A stretch of 64,000 nucleotides of DNA from Nannocystis bainbridge (GTDB lineage Bacteria > Myxococcota_A > Polyangia > Nannocystales > Nannocystaceae): NCBI RefSeq assembly GCF_028368995.1, contig NZ_JAQNDL010000003.1:64001-128000 (forward strand), read 5' to 3'. Numbering within the stretch: position 1 is the first letter of the stretch; every line of letters begins with the position of its first letter. A program made the translations under genes and the position numbers. The notes under the pieces were generated by a model, which ran no database searches, had not been told where the DNA came from, and worked only from the letters and a program-made list of their open reading frames with translations. Below, piece by piece: positions 33,625 through 43,809 of this stretch.

Positions 33625-33900
33625 ATGATCACTGCTGCGTTCGTGCGCGAGTGCAAGCCTCGCGCGATGAAGTACGAAGTCATCTGCGACGCGCTCCCCG
33701 GGTTCATTCTGCGAGTTCTGCCCACCGGGAAGAAGGTTGCGCTGATCCGCTACCAGATCGACGGGAAGGACCATCGGGTCAAGATCGGGCTGCTCGGGCC
33801 CGCACTGTCGATCGACGAGGCGCGGCGGCGTGCCGCCGTCATGCTCGCTGACGTCACAGCCGACGCGAGCGACGATGAGCCGCCGGTCCCGCAGGCTGCC
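33625..33900 (+). pseudogene. Integrase arm-type DNA-binding domain (DUF4102-like), truncated integrase
   Basis: ICDALPGFILRVLPTGKK...YQIDGKDHRVKIG...SIDEARRRA; AGGAGG RBS; no catalytic domain follows. Confidence 0.75.
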
Positions 33901-34141
33901 GGCGGTCCCGGCGGGCAGCTACGCCGAGCTCGGGTGAACCGCTCCCGACCGGGCGAGGAGCCGTCCTCGCCCTCGACAATCTTCGGGCCGCGCGCCTACC
34001 CTTCGAGACATGTCCCTTCGCGCGGACCGATTGCCGCGTCCGGGTATGACCATGTCGTTCATCCTGCGAGCGCGACTTGCGATCATGCGAATGGGCCGAC
34101 CCGGCCCACCCACGTGCATTCGCGTCGGCTCCGCCTGAGCG

Positions 34142-37100
34142 TCAGGCGGCAGCGGGGCCGCGCTTCTTGGCGCCGATGAGCTGCATGGCGAAGGCGATGC
34201 CGCTCTGCAGGGTGCCGTGCGTGGCGATGCCGCGGAGGTCGATGCCGAGGTCGACGAACAGGGAGGCCGTATCCGGGCTGACGCCGGTCAGCACCGTGCG
34301 CGCGCCGAGCAGGCGGAGCGCCGAGCCGGCCTGGATCAGCGTGATCGCGCCGCCGCTGTCGATCCCCTTCATGCCGGTGACGTCGAAGATGACGACGCGC
34401 ATGCGCCCGGCCTCCGCGCCCTGCAGGGCCGTCTGCAGCAGGTGATCGCAGCGGGTCGCGTCGAGCGTGCCGATCAGCGGCATGACGACGATCGCGTCGG
34501 TGATCGGGATCATCGGCGTCGAGAGCTCGGTGAGCATCGCCTGCTGCATGCGGATCATCTCCTCTTGCAGCGCCGCGCGGGCCTCCTCCGCCCGCTCTCG
34601 CTCGATCAGCTCCGCGGACAGGCGCTCGTTCGCGGCCTGCAGGGCGGTGGTGCGTTGCTCGACGTCGGACTCGAGGCGCTCGTTCGCGCGGGCGAGCGCG
34701 TTGCCGGCCTCGACGACGTGGCGGTACAGCAGGGCGTTCTCGACGGCGGTCACCGCCTGGGCGCACAGCACCTGCAGCAGCTCGACGCGGTTGCGGCTGA
34801 AGGCGTCGCGGATCAGGTGGTTCTCGACGACCAGGATGCCGCTCATGCGCCGGCGGTGCGCCAGCGCGAGGCACAGCACCGACTTGACCTGCCTCGCCAC
34901 GAGCGCGGGGTCGGCGGCGAATCGGGGGTCGCGCGCGACGTCGCCGAGCACGACCGCCTCGTGGGTGCGGGCGACGTATTGGACCAGGCTCGCCGGGACG
35001 TCGGGGCGGGCGGCGAGCGGCGTGCTGCTGACGAACTCGACCACCTCGGTGTCGATCGACGCTGCCGCCGCCAGCTCGAGCGTACCGTCGCGGTCGAGCA
35101 GCAGATATACGCGCGTGCCGCCCGCGTTCTGCATCACGATCCGCATCAGCCGATCGAGCAGCTTGTCGAGCTCGATCTCGCCGACGAGCGCCTGCCCGAG
35201 CCGCACGACGGTCGCCAGATCGAGGGCCGCGGCCGCGCCGAGGCCGACGGCGCCGCCATCGTCCGGCGTGGTCGTGCGCACCGGACCGGTGACCGCGGGC
35301 GCCGTCGTCGGCTGGGGAAAGTCGCGGGCGATCAGGGCCGCCTTCGCAGGAGCGCCCCAGCGCACGAACCCGTCGTACGCCGCGCGCATGTACACCGGGG
35401 CGATGAACGACCGTTGGCGGTCGCGGTAGAACTCGCCGCACAGCGCGCTCGCCAGCGCCTCGTACTGCACGAACCCGTTGCGCCGCGCCGACGCGATCGC
35501 CTGGTCGTAGAGCTCCTCGGCCTCGAGCGCTCGACCCGTGACGCGCGCCTCCTCGGCCCGCACGAGCAGGTACTTGTGCTCGAAGTTCTCGGGGCAATTG
35601 TCGGCCCAGCGCGCCAGCTTGTCGATGTCGTCGCGCAGCACTGCGCGGTCGGCCAGCGCCTGCGCGGCGTCGACGTCGCCGACGCGCGCGCACAGGGCCA
35701 GCGCCTCGTAGACGTGGAAGGTCGCCTCGATCGGCATTGCCATGACTGCGCCGAGCACCTCGCGCGCCGAAGCGGCGGCGGCGAGCGCCTCCTCGTGGCG
35801 TCCGTAGGTGTAGAGGAGCATCAGGCGGATGATGTGATAGAAGGCGATGCCGCAGCCGAAGCTCGCGGCGGTCACCTGCGCCAGGCACTCCTGGGCGTCG
35901 AAGTCGTCGCTGTCGAGCAGCGTGCCGGGGCGGACCCGGCCGGCGAGGCTGTCGAGGAATTGCTGCTGCAGGCGGATGGTCTGATACACCGCCTCGTTCT
36001 TGCTCTCGCGCGCGAACGCGGCGAACCGCTCCGACGCGCGGCGCGCCTCGCTCAGCGGGCTCCCCACCTCGATGTGCTGCCATACCGTCTCGAACGCGAG
36101 GAACGAGGCGTACACGAGGTCACCGGCGGAGATGCAGGCGTGGAAGGCCTGCTCGAGGATCGGGAAGTCGGTGCGCAGCGGGCTGCGCCAGAAGTTGATG
36201 TGGTCGCCGTGGAGGTGCAGCAGCGTGCCGCGCAGCTTGGCGTCGCCGAGCCGCTCGTTGAGCTGGATCGACATCTCCGAGAACGCGTAGCCGTTGGCGA
36301 CGTCGCCGAACACGCTGACGAGCATGAAGCCGTACACGCTGTAGGCGAAGCACGAGTCCTCAGCGTTGCCGTGGCGCAGCGAGAGGTTGACGGCCGTGAG
36401 CCCGAAGTACGGGAACACCTTCGGCCGGCCGATGTACGCGCACGGCATGATGCCGACCATCAATCCGAGGACGGCCCGGTGCGCCGGATCGGTCATCAGC
36501 GGCGCGTCGAGCAGCGTGGGCACCGGGCGCCCGGCGAGGTTGCCGGCGACCGCCGCGGCCTCGGCGGCCATCGCCGCCTGCAGCGCGGCGTCGTCGGCCG
36601 GGAGCTCGACGCCGAACAGCGCCAGCCCGCGCACGCCGAGCTCGACGCCGGCGTCGTAGCGGCCCGCGACCTGATAGAGGCGCATCTGTAGGATGTAGAC
36701 ATTCGCGTGGTCGACGCGATCGCGGGCGCGGGTGTGAATCCGGTCGAACAGCTCCTCCGCGCGCTCGAACGCGCCGGCGAGGTACTCACATTCGGCCAGC
36801 TCGCAGTGCAGCGCGTAGACGTGGGCGTAGTCGTCGTCCCACGCGGCCTCGGGCAGCAGCGCGACGCCGGCGCGCAGGTACTGGGCCGCCGCCGCGTAGG
36901 CGGTCGATTTCTTGGCGTGGCGGCCGACCGCGAGGTTCAGCGCCGACACCCGTCGCCGCTCGTCGGCGTCCAGCATCAGCTCGATGCCGAGGTCGAGGTG
37001 ATCGACGACGTCGAACAGCTCGTCAGGGCGCGGCTCGCCGCCGAGTCGCGCCAGCAGCAGCCGCCCGATCCGCAGGTGGGTCTCGGCGCGCTGCTCGGCG

Positions 37101-39202
37101 GCGACGAGCGCGTACGCGGCCTGCTGCACGCGATCGTGCGAGAAGTGGTACGACAGCTCGAGCGGCGCGCCGCGTTCGCCCGCGCGCGGCAGCGCCGGCG
37201 CGTGATGGACGAAGCGGTAGTCGTTGCTCTCGGGCACCACCAGGCCCTCTTCGAGCGCCTCCCACAGCGCGGCGGCGGTGGCCTCGGGCGACTCGGCGCA
37301 GATCGTCGCCAGCGCGGCGAGCGTGAACTTGTGACCGATGCACGCGGCCAGCCGCAGCACCCGCTGGGTCGCCTCGCTGCAGCGGCGCAGCCGCTGGGCC
37401 ATGAAGTCGAGGACGTTCGCGGTGACCTCGCGCGCCTCGATCGCGGCGATGTCCCAGGTGAACCCGCCCTCGCCGGCGCTCGCGCGCAGGAGCCCGTCCT
37501 GGTAGAGGCCGCGGAGGAACAGGCCGACGAAGAACGGGTTGCCGTCGGTCTTGCGGGCCACGACGCGCGCGAGCGGACCGGCCTGCTCGGGGGTGCAGCC
37601 GAGCACGTCCGCGAGCAGCTCGCCGAGGTGATGCGGGGCGAGCGGCCCGACCCGTAGATCGTGCACGGCGCGGCCCTTGCCGCGCAGCTCCTCGGCGGCG
37701 AGCGTCAGCGGGTGCGCCGGCCCGACCTCGTTGTCGCGGTAGGCCCCGACCACGAGCAGCCGCCGCGGCGACGGCGAGGCCAGGAACAGCTGCAGCAGCT
37801 TGAGCGACGCGAGGTCGGCCCATTGCAGGTCGTCGAGGAACAGCACGAGCGGCGCGTCGCCGCCGGCGAACGCCTGCACGAATCCGTCGAGCAGCCGGTT
37901 GAAGCGGTTCAGCCCCTCCGTCGGCCCGAGCTCCGGGGCCGCCGGCTGGAGGCCGATCATGTGCGTCAGCTCGGGGATCAGATCGACGAGCACCTGCGCG
38001 TTGCCGTCGGCCACCCGCAAGATCTCCTCGCGCACTCGGACCAGCCGCTCGCCGCCCTCGCCGAGCGTCTGTCGCAGCAGATCGCGGAACGCGTGGACGA
38101 AGGGCGCGTAGGGGGCGTTGCGCGCCAGTTGGTCGAACTTGCCGGCGATGAAGGTCCCGCCGTCGCGCGCGATCGTCTTGTGGAGCTCCTGGACCAGCGC
38201 GCTCTTGCCGATGCCGGAGTAACCGGCGACGAGCAGCAGCTCGGTCCCGCCGTCGCGCACGCGGTCGAACGCCTGCAGCAGCGTCGCCAGCTCTTCGTCG
38301 CGCCCGTAGAGCCGCTGCGGCAGTCGCAGCGCCCCGGCCGCCTCGTGGCGCGCGAGCGGGAAGGGCGAGACGGTGCCGGTGGCGTCGAGCTGGCGCAGGC
38401 ACTCCCGCAGATCGGCCGCGATCCCGTTGGCGCTCTGGTAGCGATCTTCGGGCGCCTTGGCGAGCAGCCGCATCACCAGCGCCGACACGGCCTCGGGGAT
38501 CTCGGCGACCTGGCGCGGGGAGGCGGGCACGCGCGCGATGTGGCTGTGGACCAGCTCGAGCGGGTCGTCGCCGTGGAACGGCGGGGCGCCGGTGAGCAGG
38601 TGGTAGAGCGTCGCGCCGAGCGAATAGAAGTCGGTACGGAGGTCGAGCGCCCGGTTCATGCGCCCGGTCTGCTCGGGCGACATATAGGTGAGGGAGCCCT
38701 CGAGGCCGTCGAGGCTCGTCGGTCGCTGCGCCTCGACCGAGAGGCGGGTCGCCAGGCCGAAGCCGACCAGGTGGACCAGCAGCGGCTCGGCGCGGACGAT
38801 GATGTTGGCCGGCTTGATGTGCTTGTGGATGACGCCGCTCGCGTGGACGCCGGCGAGGATTTCGCTGACCGCCGCGGCGATCGCCAGCGCCTCGCGCAGC
38901 TGGAGGCGACCGCGGCGGAGCACGACGTCGAGCGGCTCGCCCGGCGGCGACTCGAGCACGAGCGCGAGGTCGTCGCCGTGGGCCTCGAGCGCGTACGCCT
39001 TGACCACGCCGGGCACCGTGATGCCGCGAAGGATCGCATACTCGTGCTGCAGTCGGGCGACGTCTCTCGCCGTCGGCGGCGAGCGACGCGGCAGGTGCAG
39101 CGTCACCGGGGTGCCGTCTGCGGTGCGAAACCCGCGACACAGCACGGTCTCGGGCTCCTCATTCATCGACTCGACAATTGTGTATTGACCGAATGTGGAC
39201 AT
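34142..39202 (-). CDS. Multidomain sensor: degenerate Ser/Thr kinase - AAA ATPase - TPR-like - GAF - STAS
   Basis: YMSPEQTGRMN kinase lobe; Walker A GYSGIGKS, Walker B LFLDDLQW; GAF; RsbR-like ELSTPMIPITDAIVVMPLIGTLD. Confidence 0.92.
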   Translation of the reverse strand: MSTFGQYTIVESMNEEPETVLCRGFRTADGTPVTLHLPRRSPPTARDVARLQHEYAILRGITVPGVVKAYALEAHGDDLALVLESPPGEPLDVVLRRGRLQLREALAIAAAVSEILAGVHASGVIHKHIKPANIIVRAEPLLVHLVGFGLATRLSVEAQRPTSLDGLEGSLTYMSPEQTGRMNRALDLRTDFYSLGATLYHLLTGAPPFHGDDPLELVHSHIARVPASPRQVAEIPEAVSALVMRLLAKAPEDRYQSANGIAADLRECLRQLDATGTVSPFPLARHEAAGALRLPQRLYGRDEELATLLQAFDRVRDGGTELLLVAGYSGIGKSALVQELHKTIARDGGTFIAGKFDQLARNAPYAPFVHAFRDLLRQTLGEGGERLVRVREEILRVADGNAQVLVDLIPELTHMIGLQPAAPELGPTEGLNRFNRLLDGFVQAFAGGDAPLVLFLDDLQWADLASLKLLQLFLASPSPRRLLVVGAYRDNEVGPAHPLTLAAEELRGKGRAVHDLRVGPLAPHHLGELLADVLGCTPEQAGPLARVVARKTDGNPFFVGLFLRGLYQDGLLRASAGEGGFTWDIAAIEAREVTANVLDFMAQRLRRCSEATQRVLRLAACIGHKFTLAALATICAESPEATAAALWEALEEGLVVPESNDYRFVHHAPALPRAGERGAPLELSYHFSHDRVQQAAYALVAAEQRAETHLRIGRLLLARLGGEPRPDELFDVVDHLDLGIELMLDADERRRVSALNLAVGRHAKKSTAYAAAAQYLRAGVALLPEAAWDDDYAHVYALHCELAECEYLAGAFERAEELFDRIHTRARDRVDHANVYILQMRLYQVAGRYDAGVELGVRGLALFGVELPADDAALQAAMAAEAAAVAGNLAGRPVPTLLDAPLMTDPAHRAVLGLMVGIMPCAYIGRPKVFPYFGLTAVNLSLRHGNAEDSCFAYSVYGFMLVSVFGDVANGYAFSEMSIQLNERLGDAKLRGTLLHLHGDHINFWRSPLRTDFPILEQAFHACISAGDLVYASFLAFETVWQHIEVGSPLSEARRASERFAAFARESKNEAVYQTIRLQQQFLDSLAGRVRPGTLLDSDDFDAQECLAQVTAASFGCGIAFYHIIRLMLLYTYGRHEEALAAAASAREVLGAVMAMPIEATFHVYEALALCARVGDVDAAQALADRAVLRDDIDKLARWADNCPENFEHKYLLVRAEEARVTGRALEAEELYDQAIASARRNGFVQYEALASALCGEFYRDRQRSFIAPVYMRAAYDGFVRWGAPAKAALIARDFPQPTTAPAVTGPVRTTTPDDGGAVGLGAAAALDLATVVRLGQALVGEIELDKLLDRLMRIVMQNAGGTRVYLLLDRDGTLELAAAASIDTEVVEFVSSTPLAARPDVPASLVQYVARTHEAVVLGDVARDPRFAADPALVARQVKSVLCLALAHRRRMSGILVVENHLIRDAFSRNRVELLQVLCAQAVTAVENALLYRHVVEAGNALARANERLESDVEQRTTALQAANERLSAELIERERAEEARAALQEEMIRMQQAMLTELSTPMIPITDAIVVMPLIGTLDATRCDHLLQTALQGAEAGRMRVVIFDVTGMKGIDSGGAITLIQAGSALRLLGARTVLTGVSPDTASLFVDLGIDLRGIATHGTLQSGIAFAMQLIGAKKRGPAAA

Positions 39203-39508
39203 GCCCCGCCCGCTCTTTGTGGGCTGCGACCGAGATCGCGCCAGCAGCGAAGAACTCAATGTATTGACAATGCGACCCTACTCGGGATCCTCAGGCCGAG
39301 TCAAGCCTCCGCGCTCGGGACTTCTCCGATGTAGAGATCGGCTCCGCGCGCGACCCGCCCCCGCTGGCGAGCGACGGGGGTGTAGGTGATTTGTCACCGG
39401 CGAGTGTACACCCCGTGTCGCTACAAACATCGGCGGAGGTGAACACATCCGCGTTTGCACGCGAGCCCGGACCAGCAATCCCGATAAATCGCCGCGTGGC
39501 TGCACGAC

Positions 39509-40240
39509 GTGACGATCGAGGCGACCTCCTCCGAGCGAAGTGTCGGGCCCGATAAACGCCCGCTGCAACGACCGGAGCACCTCGTCGTGTTCGCCCGCGT
39601 GTACGGCCACCTGCGCTACTTCTATCCGGCCGAGGCGAGTACGTACGAGTGGTCGGTGCTCGCGGCCGACGGAGTCGAGGTGGCCGAGCGCGCCGAGGAC
39701 ATGGACGCGCTCGCCCGCGACCTCGAGCGATGGGCCGCGCGCATCGGTCCGGACATCCAAATCGCCGGGTCAGTCCCCGCCGCGGGAGCGCCCGATCCCG
39801 CCGGCCCGGGCTGGCGTCACACCGGCGTCTCCGGCCAGCGCACGATCTATCGCAGCGAGTTCGTCGCAGCCGACCATTCGGCTCCCGATGTCGTTGTCGC
39901 CGACGTTGGCAGCGGTCTCCACATTCGCTACCCGCGCGCATTCACCGGGCAGACGGCCCCGCTCGCCCTCGCCGAGCCGCCAGCGCTCGATGCCTGCGCC
40001 GAGCGTGACCGCCCGCGCAGCAATCGGCTCGCAGTGACGATCATGATGTGGAGCCTCCTCGAGCACTTCTACCCGTACCACGAGCTCATGCTCACCGACT
40101 GGCCCGGAGCGCTGGGCGTCGCTTTGCCCGCGGCGGCGACGGTCGGGACGCCGAGCGAGTTGATTCATGGGCTGCGGCGGTTGCTGGCTGAGCTGCGCGA
40201 CAATCATGTCCGCCTGTGGTACGGCCCCGAGCCGCGCTGC
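39509..40240 (+). pseudogene. S41 peptidase N-terminal fragment
   Basis: FARVYGHLRYFYP; WSLLEHFYPY...DWP...LLAELRDNHV, then reading loses coding character before any catalytic domain. Confidence 0.65.
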
Positions 40241-40284
40241 CGGCTGGGCATGGCGACGGCGACGGTCCCGGGCAGCAGAGCCTT

Positions 40285-40520
40285 GCCGCCAGACCCGTCT
40301 CCGCGTCGCGTAGATGTTCGCCATCCGCCGGCGCGAGCTGCAGGGCCCTGCCTCCGACGCGCCGCTCGAACGCCCGCAGCATTCGTCCTCCGCCCGACCA
40401 CAGCACCACCGGCACCTCCCCGAGCTCGTCGAGGATCACCGGTTCGGATGCCAGCCGGCTCGCCTCGTACGCCCTCGCCTTCGATCCCCGCCACGAACGC
40501 GCATGGACGTCCACCGGGGC
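40285..40520 (-). pseudogene. DUF3179-like fragment
   Basis: GIEGE/ARAY...PVILDELGEVPVVLW...AFERRVGGRALQL...LRDAETG spread over two frames. Confidence 0.55.
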
Positions 40521-40573
40521 CGTACTGCGAACCATGAAGCGAAGTTCGCTCCTCGCGCCTTGGCCGCCGACCG

Positions 40574-41455
40574 TCAGTCGATCATTTGCGGCATGCCGAG
40601 CGCCGTGAGTAGACCTCGCTGAACCTCCGAGGCAGCGTGGTTGAGGGCCTCCGTGCCCGCACCTCCTCCACTGGGATCGACGACGACGCGGAGCGGCCGC
40701 GTCCCAGCGGGGGCTTCCACGAGTGCCACCACGGCCCGCGCCACCTCCTCGGGGTCCGAAGCTCCTGGACCGTCGTGCATGGCCGTAATCATCTCTTGCA
40801 GCTTCGAGGCCGCGGCCTCCAAGCCGTAGCCATTCGCTCTTTCGGCATCGGCGCCCGTCACCGTCGAAGTGAGGATTCCGGTCTTGAAGACTCCCGGCTG
40901 GAGGATCGACACCTCGACGCCCGTTGGCTTGAGCTCGTACCGATAGCTCTCGGCCATTGCTTCGAGAGCCCACTTGGACCCGCAATAGATGCCATTGAAA
41001 GGCGCAGTCAGGCGGCCCATCGTGCTGGAGATGTGAATGAGCAGCCCCGCCCGACGCTTGCGGAGCGCCGGCAAGACGGCGCGGTTCACACGATGTGCGC
41101 CGACCACGTTCGTGTCGAGCTCCGCGAGGACTTGCTCTGAGGTGAAGGTTTCGTTGATTCCGCCGACCGCGTAGCCCGCGTTGTTTACGATGACATCGAG
41201 GTGCCCGGCGGCACGTTCGGCGGCCGCTACAGCCGTGGACACGGAACGGTCATCAGTGACGTCCAGCTCGACGACGTGAAGCGTGAGCCGCTCGGCTTCC
41301 GCGATGGCTCGAAGCTCGGCGGCCGCGCGCTCGTTCTTCGTGTTGGGCGCCCGCATCGTCGCGAACACGCGGTGGCCGCGGCGGGCGAGGGCGAGGCTGA
41401 TGAGGCGACCGAGGCCGCTATTGCTGCCAGTGACCAGTACGTTGCTGTTGCTCAT
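40574..41455 (-). CDS. SDR family oxidoreductase
   Basis: TGSNSGLG, NNAG, YCGSK. Confidence 0.93.
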   Translation of the reverse strand: MSNSNVLVTGSNSGLGRLISLALARRGHRVFATMRAPNTKNERAAAELRAIAEAERLTLHVVELDVTDDRSVSTAVAAAERAAGHLDVIVNNAGYAVGGINETFTSEQVLAELDTNVVGAHRVNRAVLPALRKRRAGLLIHISSTMGRLTAPFNGIYCGSKWALEAMAESYRYELKPTGVEVSILQPGVFKTGILTSTVTGADAERANGYGLEAAASKLQEMITAMHDGPGASDPEEVARAVVALVEAPAGTRPLRVVVDPSGGGAGTEALNHAASEVQRGLLTALGMPQMID

Positions 41456-41545
41456 GTCCCGAGCGTGACGCCGAGCCGGTCGTGCCACAAGAGACGAATC
41501 CGCATCTCAGTAGTGCATCCAAGCACGAAACGGACGCTAGCGTCG

Positions 41546-42487
41546 TTACATCGGTTTCTGCCTCGCCGCTCGGCGAGTGCCGATGACGTCGAAGAGGTCG
41601 GCGTGCGTCGAGACGAACTCTTTCATGAGGGTGATGAACGCACGGGTCTTCGGCGTCTTTGCGCGCGCGCTCGGCGCCATGATGGAGAGGCTCACCGGAG
41701 GCGGCCGGTAACCGCCAGGTTCGAGAACGACCAGTCCTTCTCTCGCCGCGACGGAGCGGGGAAGAATCGAGATTCCGGCTCCGGAGATCACACATTGAGT
41801 CGTCAGCGGTGAGGAGTTGGTGACGATGCGCGGAGCCACTTCGAGTCGCTCCTGGTGGCCGGCGCGACTCACGAAGGTCCACGTCGTTCGCTTCTTCACG
41901 GCGTGCCCAACGAGCGAATGGCTCGCTAGATCGCCCAGCCGCTCGAGACGTGGAGCCCGCTCGAGGTAGGCACGCGAAGCGGCAAGCACCGGCACGATGC
42001 TCGCGAGCGGAGAGATCCCGAGCGACGTTGCCGAGCTGGAGCCGATCCGGATGGTCGCGTCGTACCCCTCCGCGACGAGGTCGACGAGGGCGTCCGTGGC
42101 GACGACCTCGACGCGCATGTCGGGGTAGCGGCGGACGAACTCCGACAGGGCGATGCCGAGGAAGGTATCGATGACGGGCGTGGGGACGCTGATGCGGAGC
42201 GTTCCTCGGGGTGCATCGAGGTGGTCGGACACGACGTGCTCGGCCTGCAGCGCGATCGAGCGAATCGTCGCGCCGAGACGAGCGAGCTGCTCTCCAATCT
42301 CGGTCGGTCGGAGGGATCGCGTCGTGCGCTCGAAGAGCCGCGCCCCAATTTGTCGTTCGAGCCTCGCCACGCGCCGTGACACCGTGGACGGCGGCAGCCC
42401 AAGGTCCGTCGCCGCACGGGCGAAGCTACCTCGCTCGAGAACACGGGCGACGAGCAAGAGGTCGGAAGGATCGGCGGCGAGGCTCAT
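41546..42487 (-). CDS. LysR family transcriptional regulator
   Basis: GSFARAATDLGLPPSTVSRRVARLE...LFERTTR; PRGTLRIS. Confidence 0.93.
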   Translation of the reverse strand: MSLAADPSDLLLVARVLERGSFARAATDLGLPPSTVSRRVARLERQIGARLFERTTRSLRPTEIGEQLARLGATIRSIALQAEHVVSDHLDAPRGTLRISVPTPVIDTFLGIALSEFVRRYPDMRVEVVATDALVDLVAEGYDATIRIGSSSATSLGISPLASIVPVLAASRAYLERAPRLERLGDLASHSLVGHAVKKRTTWTFVSRAGHQERLEVAPRIVTNSSPLTTQCVISGAGISILPRSVAAREGLVVLEPGGYRPPPVSLSIMAPSARAKTPKTRAFITLMKEFVSTHADLFDVIGTRRAARQKPM

Positions 42488-42969
42488 TCATGCATCATTG
42501 CAGGAATGAGCCTCGCTATTCACCCGATCGCGTTTTCCTCGTCGCTGCTCTCGAGGTGGTCCGTCTTCGGGAGCATGCAGCCGACGCTGCGGTTCCAGCG
42601 GCCGAACTACGAGTAGCGGCGCCGGGGGCGGGCGGCGCCCGCGAGCGAGCGCCTCGACGTTGTACGCGGGGGCCTCGCCGACTTCCCGCCCGCGATCAGC
42701 GACGCCGGCGCCGGCGCAGGCCCCGCAGCGCAAGCCACGGCAACGCCTGGGCCAGCGGGGCCGGGCCGCCGGCGCTCGTCGACGCAATGCCCCCTACAAT
42801 GACGGTCCGGCTCGACGCGCCCGAACCAACCGAGCTCACCGTCGGCGAGACGCGCGCGCCGCCCTATCGCGCTCGAAGACTACCGCAAGGAAAGTGGAAA
42901 GACTGTTCGCCTGACGGCATCAATCTCGGGCTTTATTTCACCTCCTTCGGTGCGAAACTGGCGGCACGT

Positions 42970-43809
42970 ATGAGCCTCAGAGACTCGATCAGGCACGACC
43001 GCTGCCCCGTCCGTGTGATCCGCGGACAGAGCCTCCCGGACGTCGAGGTCCACCACGGAGTCCAGGTGCGCGACGCGTTCGAGCCCCACTTCCACGCGGC
43101 GGCCCATGTCATCCACGTCCTCGCCGGCGCGCGCAAGCAGACTGTCGGTCGTCGCCAGCACACGCTCGCACCGGGCGACGTGCTGGTCATCCCGCCGGAC
43201 GAGGTCCACAGCGGGGCGTCCGCGCACCGCGAGGGCTGGACGTTCGTCTCGCTGTATTGCTCGCCTGCGGCGCTCGAGCGCGCGGCCGACGAGCTCGAGC
43301 CCGACGCCGCGGGAGAGCTGGGTCGCGCCGTACGCTTCGAGCTCACCGACGAGCTGGGCAGCGGGCAGCTCGTCACCGAACTCGCCGCGGCGCTGGACGA
43401 CACCCCGCTGGCTGCCCAGACGGCCTGGCTCGCCCTGACGTCTCGCCTGCTCCGCGGCCGCCGCGAACCTGCTCCGCGCCGCCGCGAGCGGGCGCTGGTG
43501 AAGCAGGCGCGAGAATTCCTCGACGCACACCTCGCCGCGTCCGTCACGCTCGATCGGCTCGCGGCAGTCACCGGCGTCAGCAAGGAGCACGTCGTGCGCA
43601 GCTTCACCGCGGATGTCGGGTTGGCGCCGCATTCGTACCAGCTCAACGCACGGATCGAGCAGGCCAAGCACTCTCTGCTCGCCGGGTCGGCGATCTCGGA
43701 CGTCGCACTCGCGCTGGGCTTTCACGACCAGAGCCATTTCGCACGGCACTTTCGGCGAATCGTCGGCATCCCTCCCGGGCGATTCATGGGACCGCGCCGG
43801 GGAGCATAA
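42970..43809 (+). CDS. AraC family regulator with cupin sensor domain
   Basis: FEPHFH...IPPDEVHSG; VALALGFHDQSHFARHFRRIVGIPPG. Confidence 0.92.
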   Translation: MSLRDSIRHDRCPVRVIRGQSLPDVEVHHGVQVRDAFEPHFHAAAHVIHVLAGARKQTVGRRQHTLAPGDVLVIPPDEVHSGASAHREGWTFVSLYCSPAALERAADELEPDAAGELGRAVRFELTDELGSGQLVTELAAALDDTPLAAQTAWLALTSRLLRGRREPAPRRRERALVKQAREFLDAHLAASVTLDRLAAVTGVSKEHVVRSFTADVGLAPHSYQLNARIEQAKHSLLAGSAISDVALALGFHDQSHFARHFRRIVGIPPGRFMGPRRGA

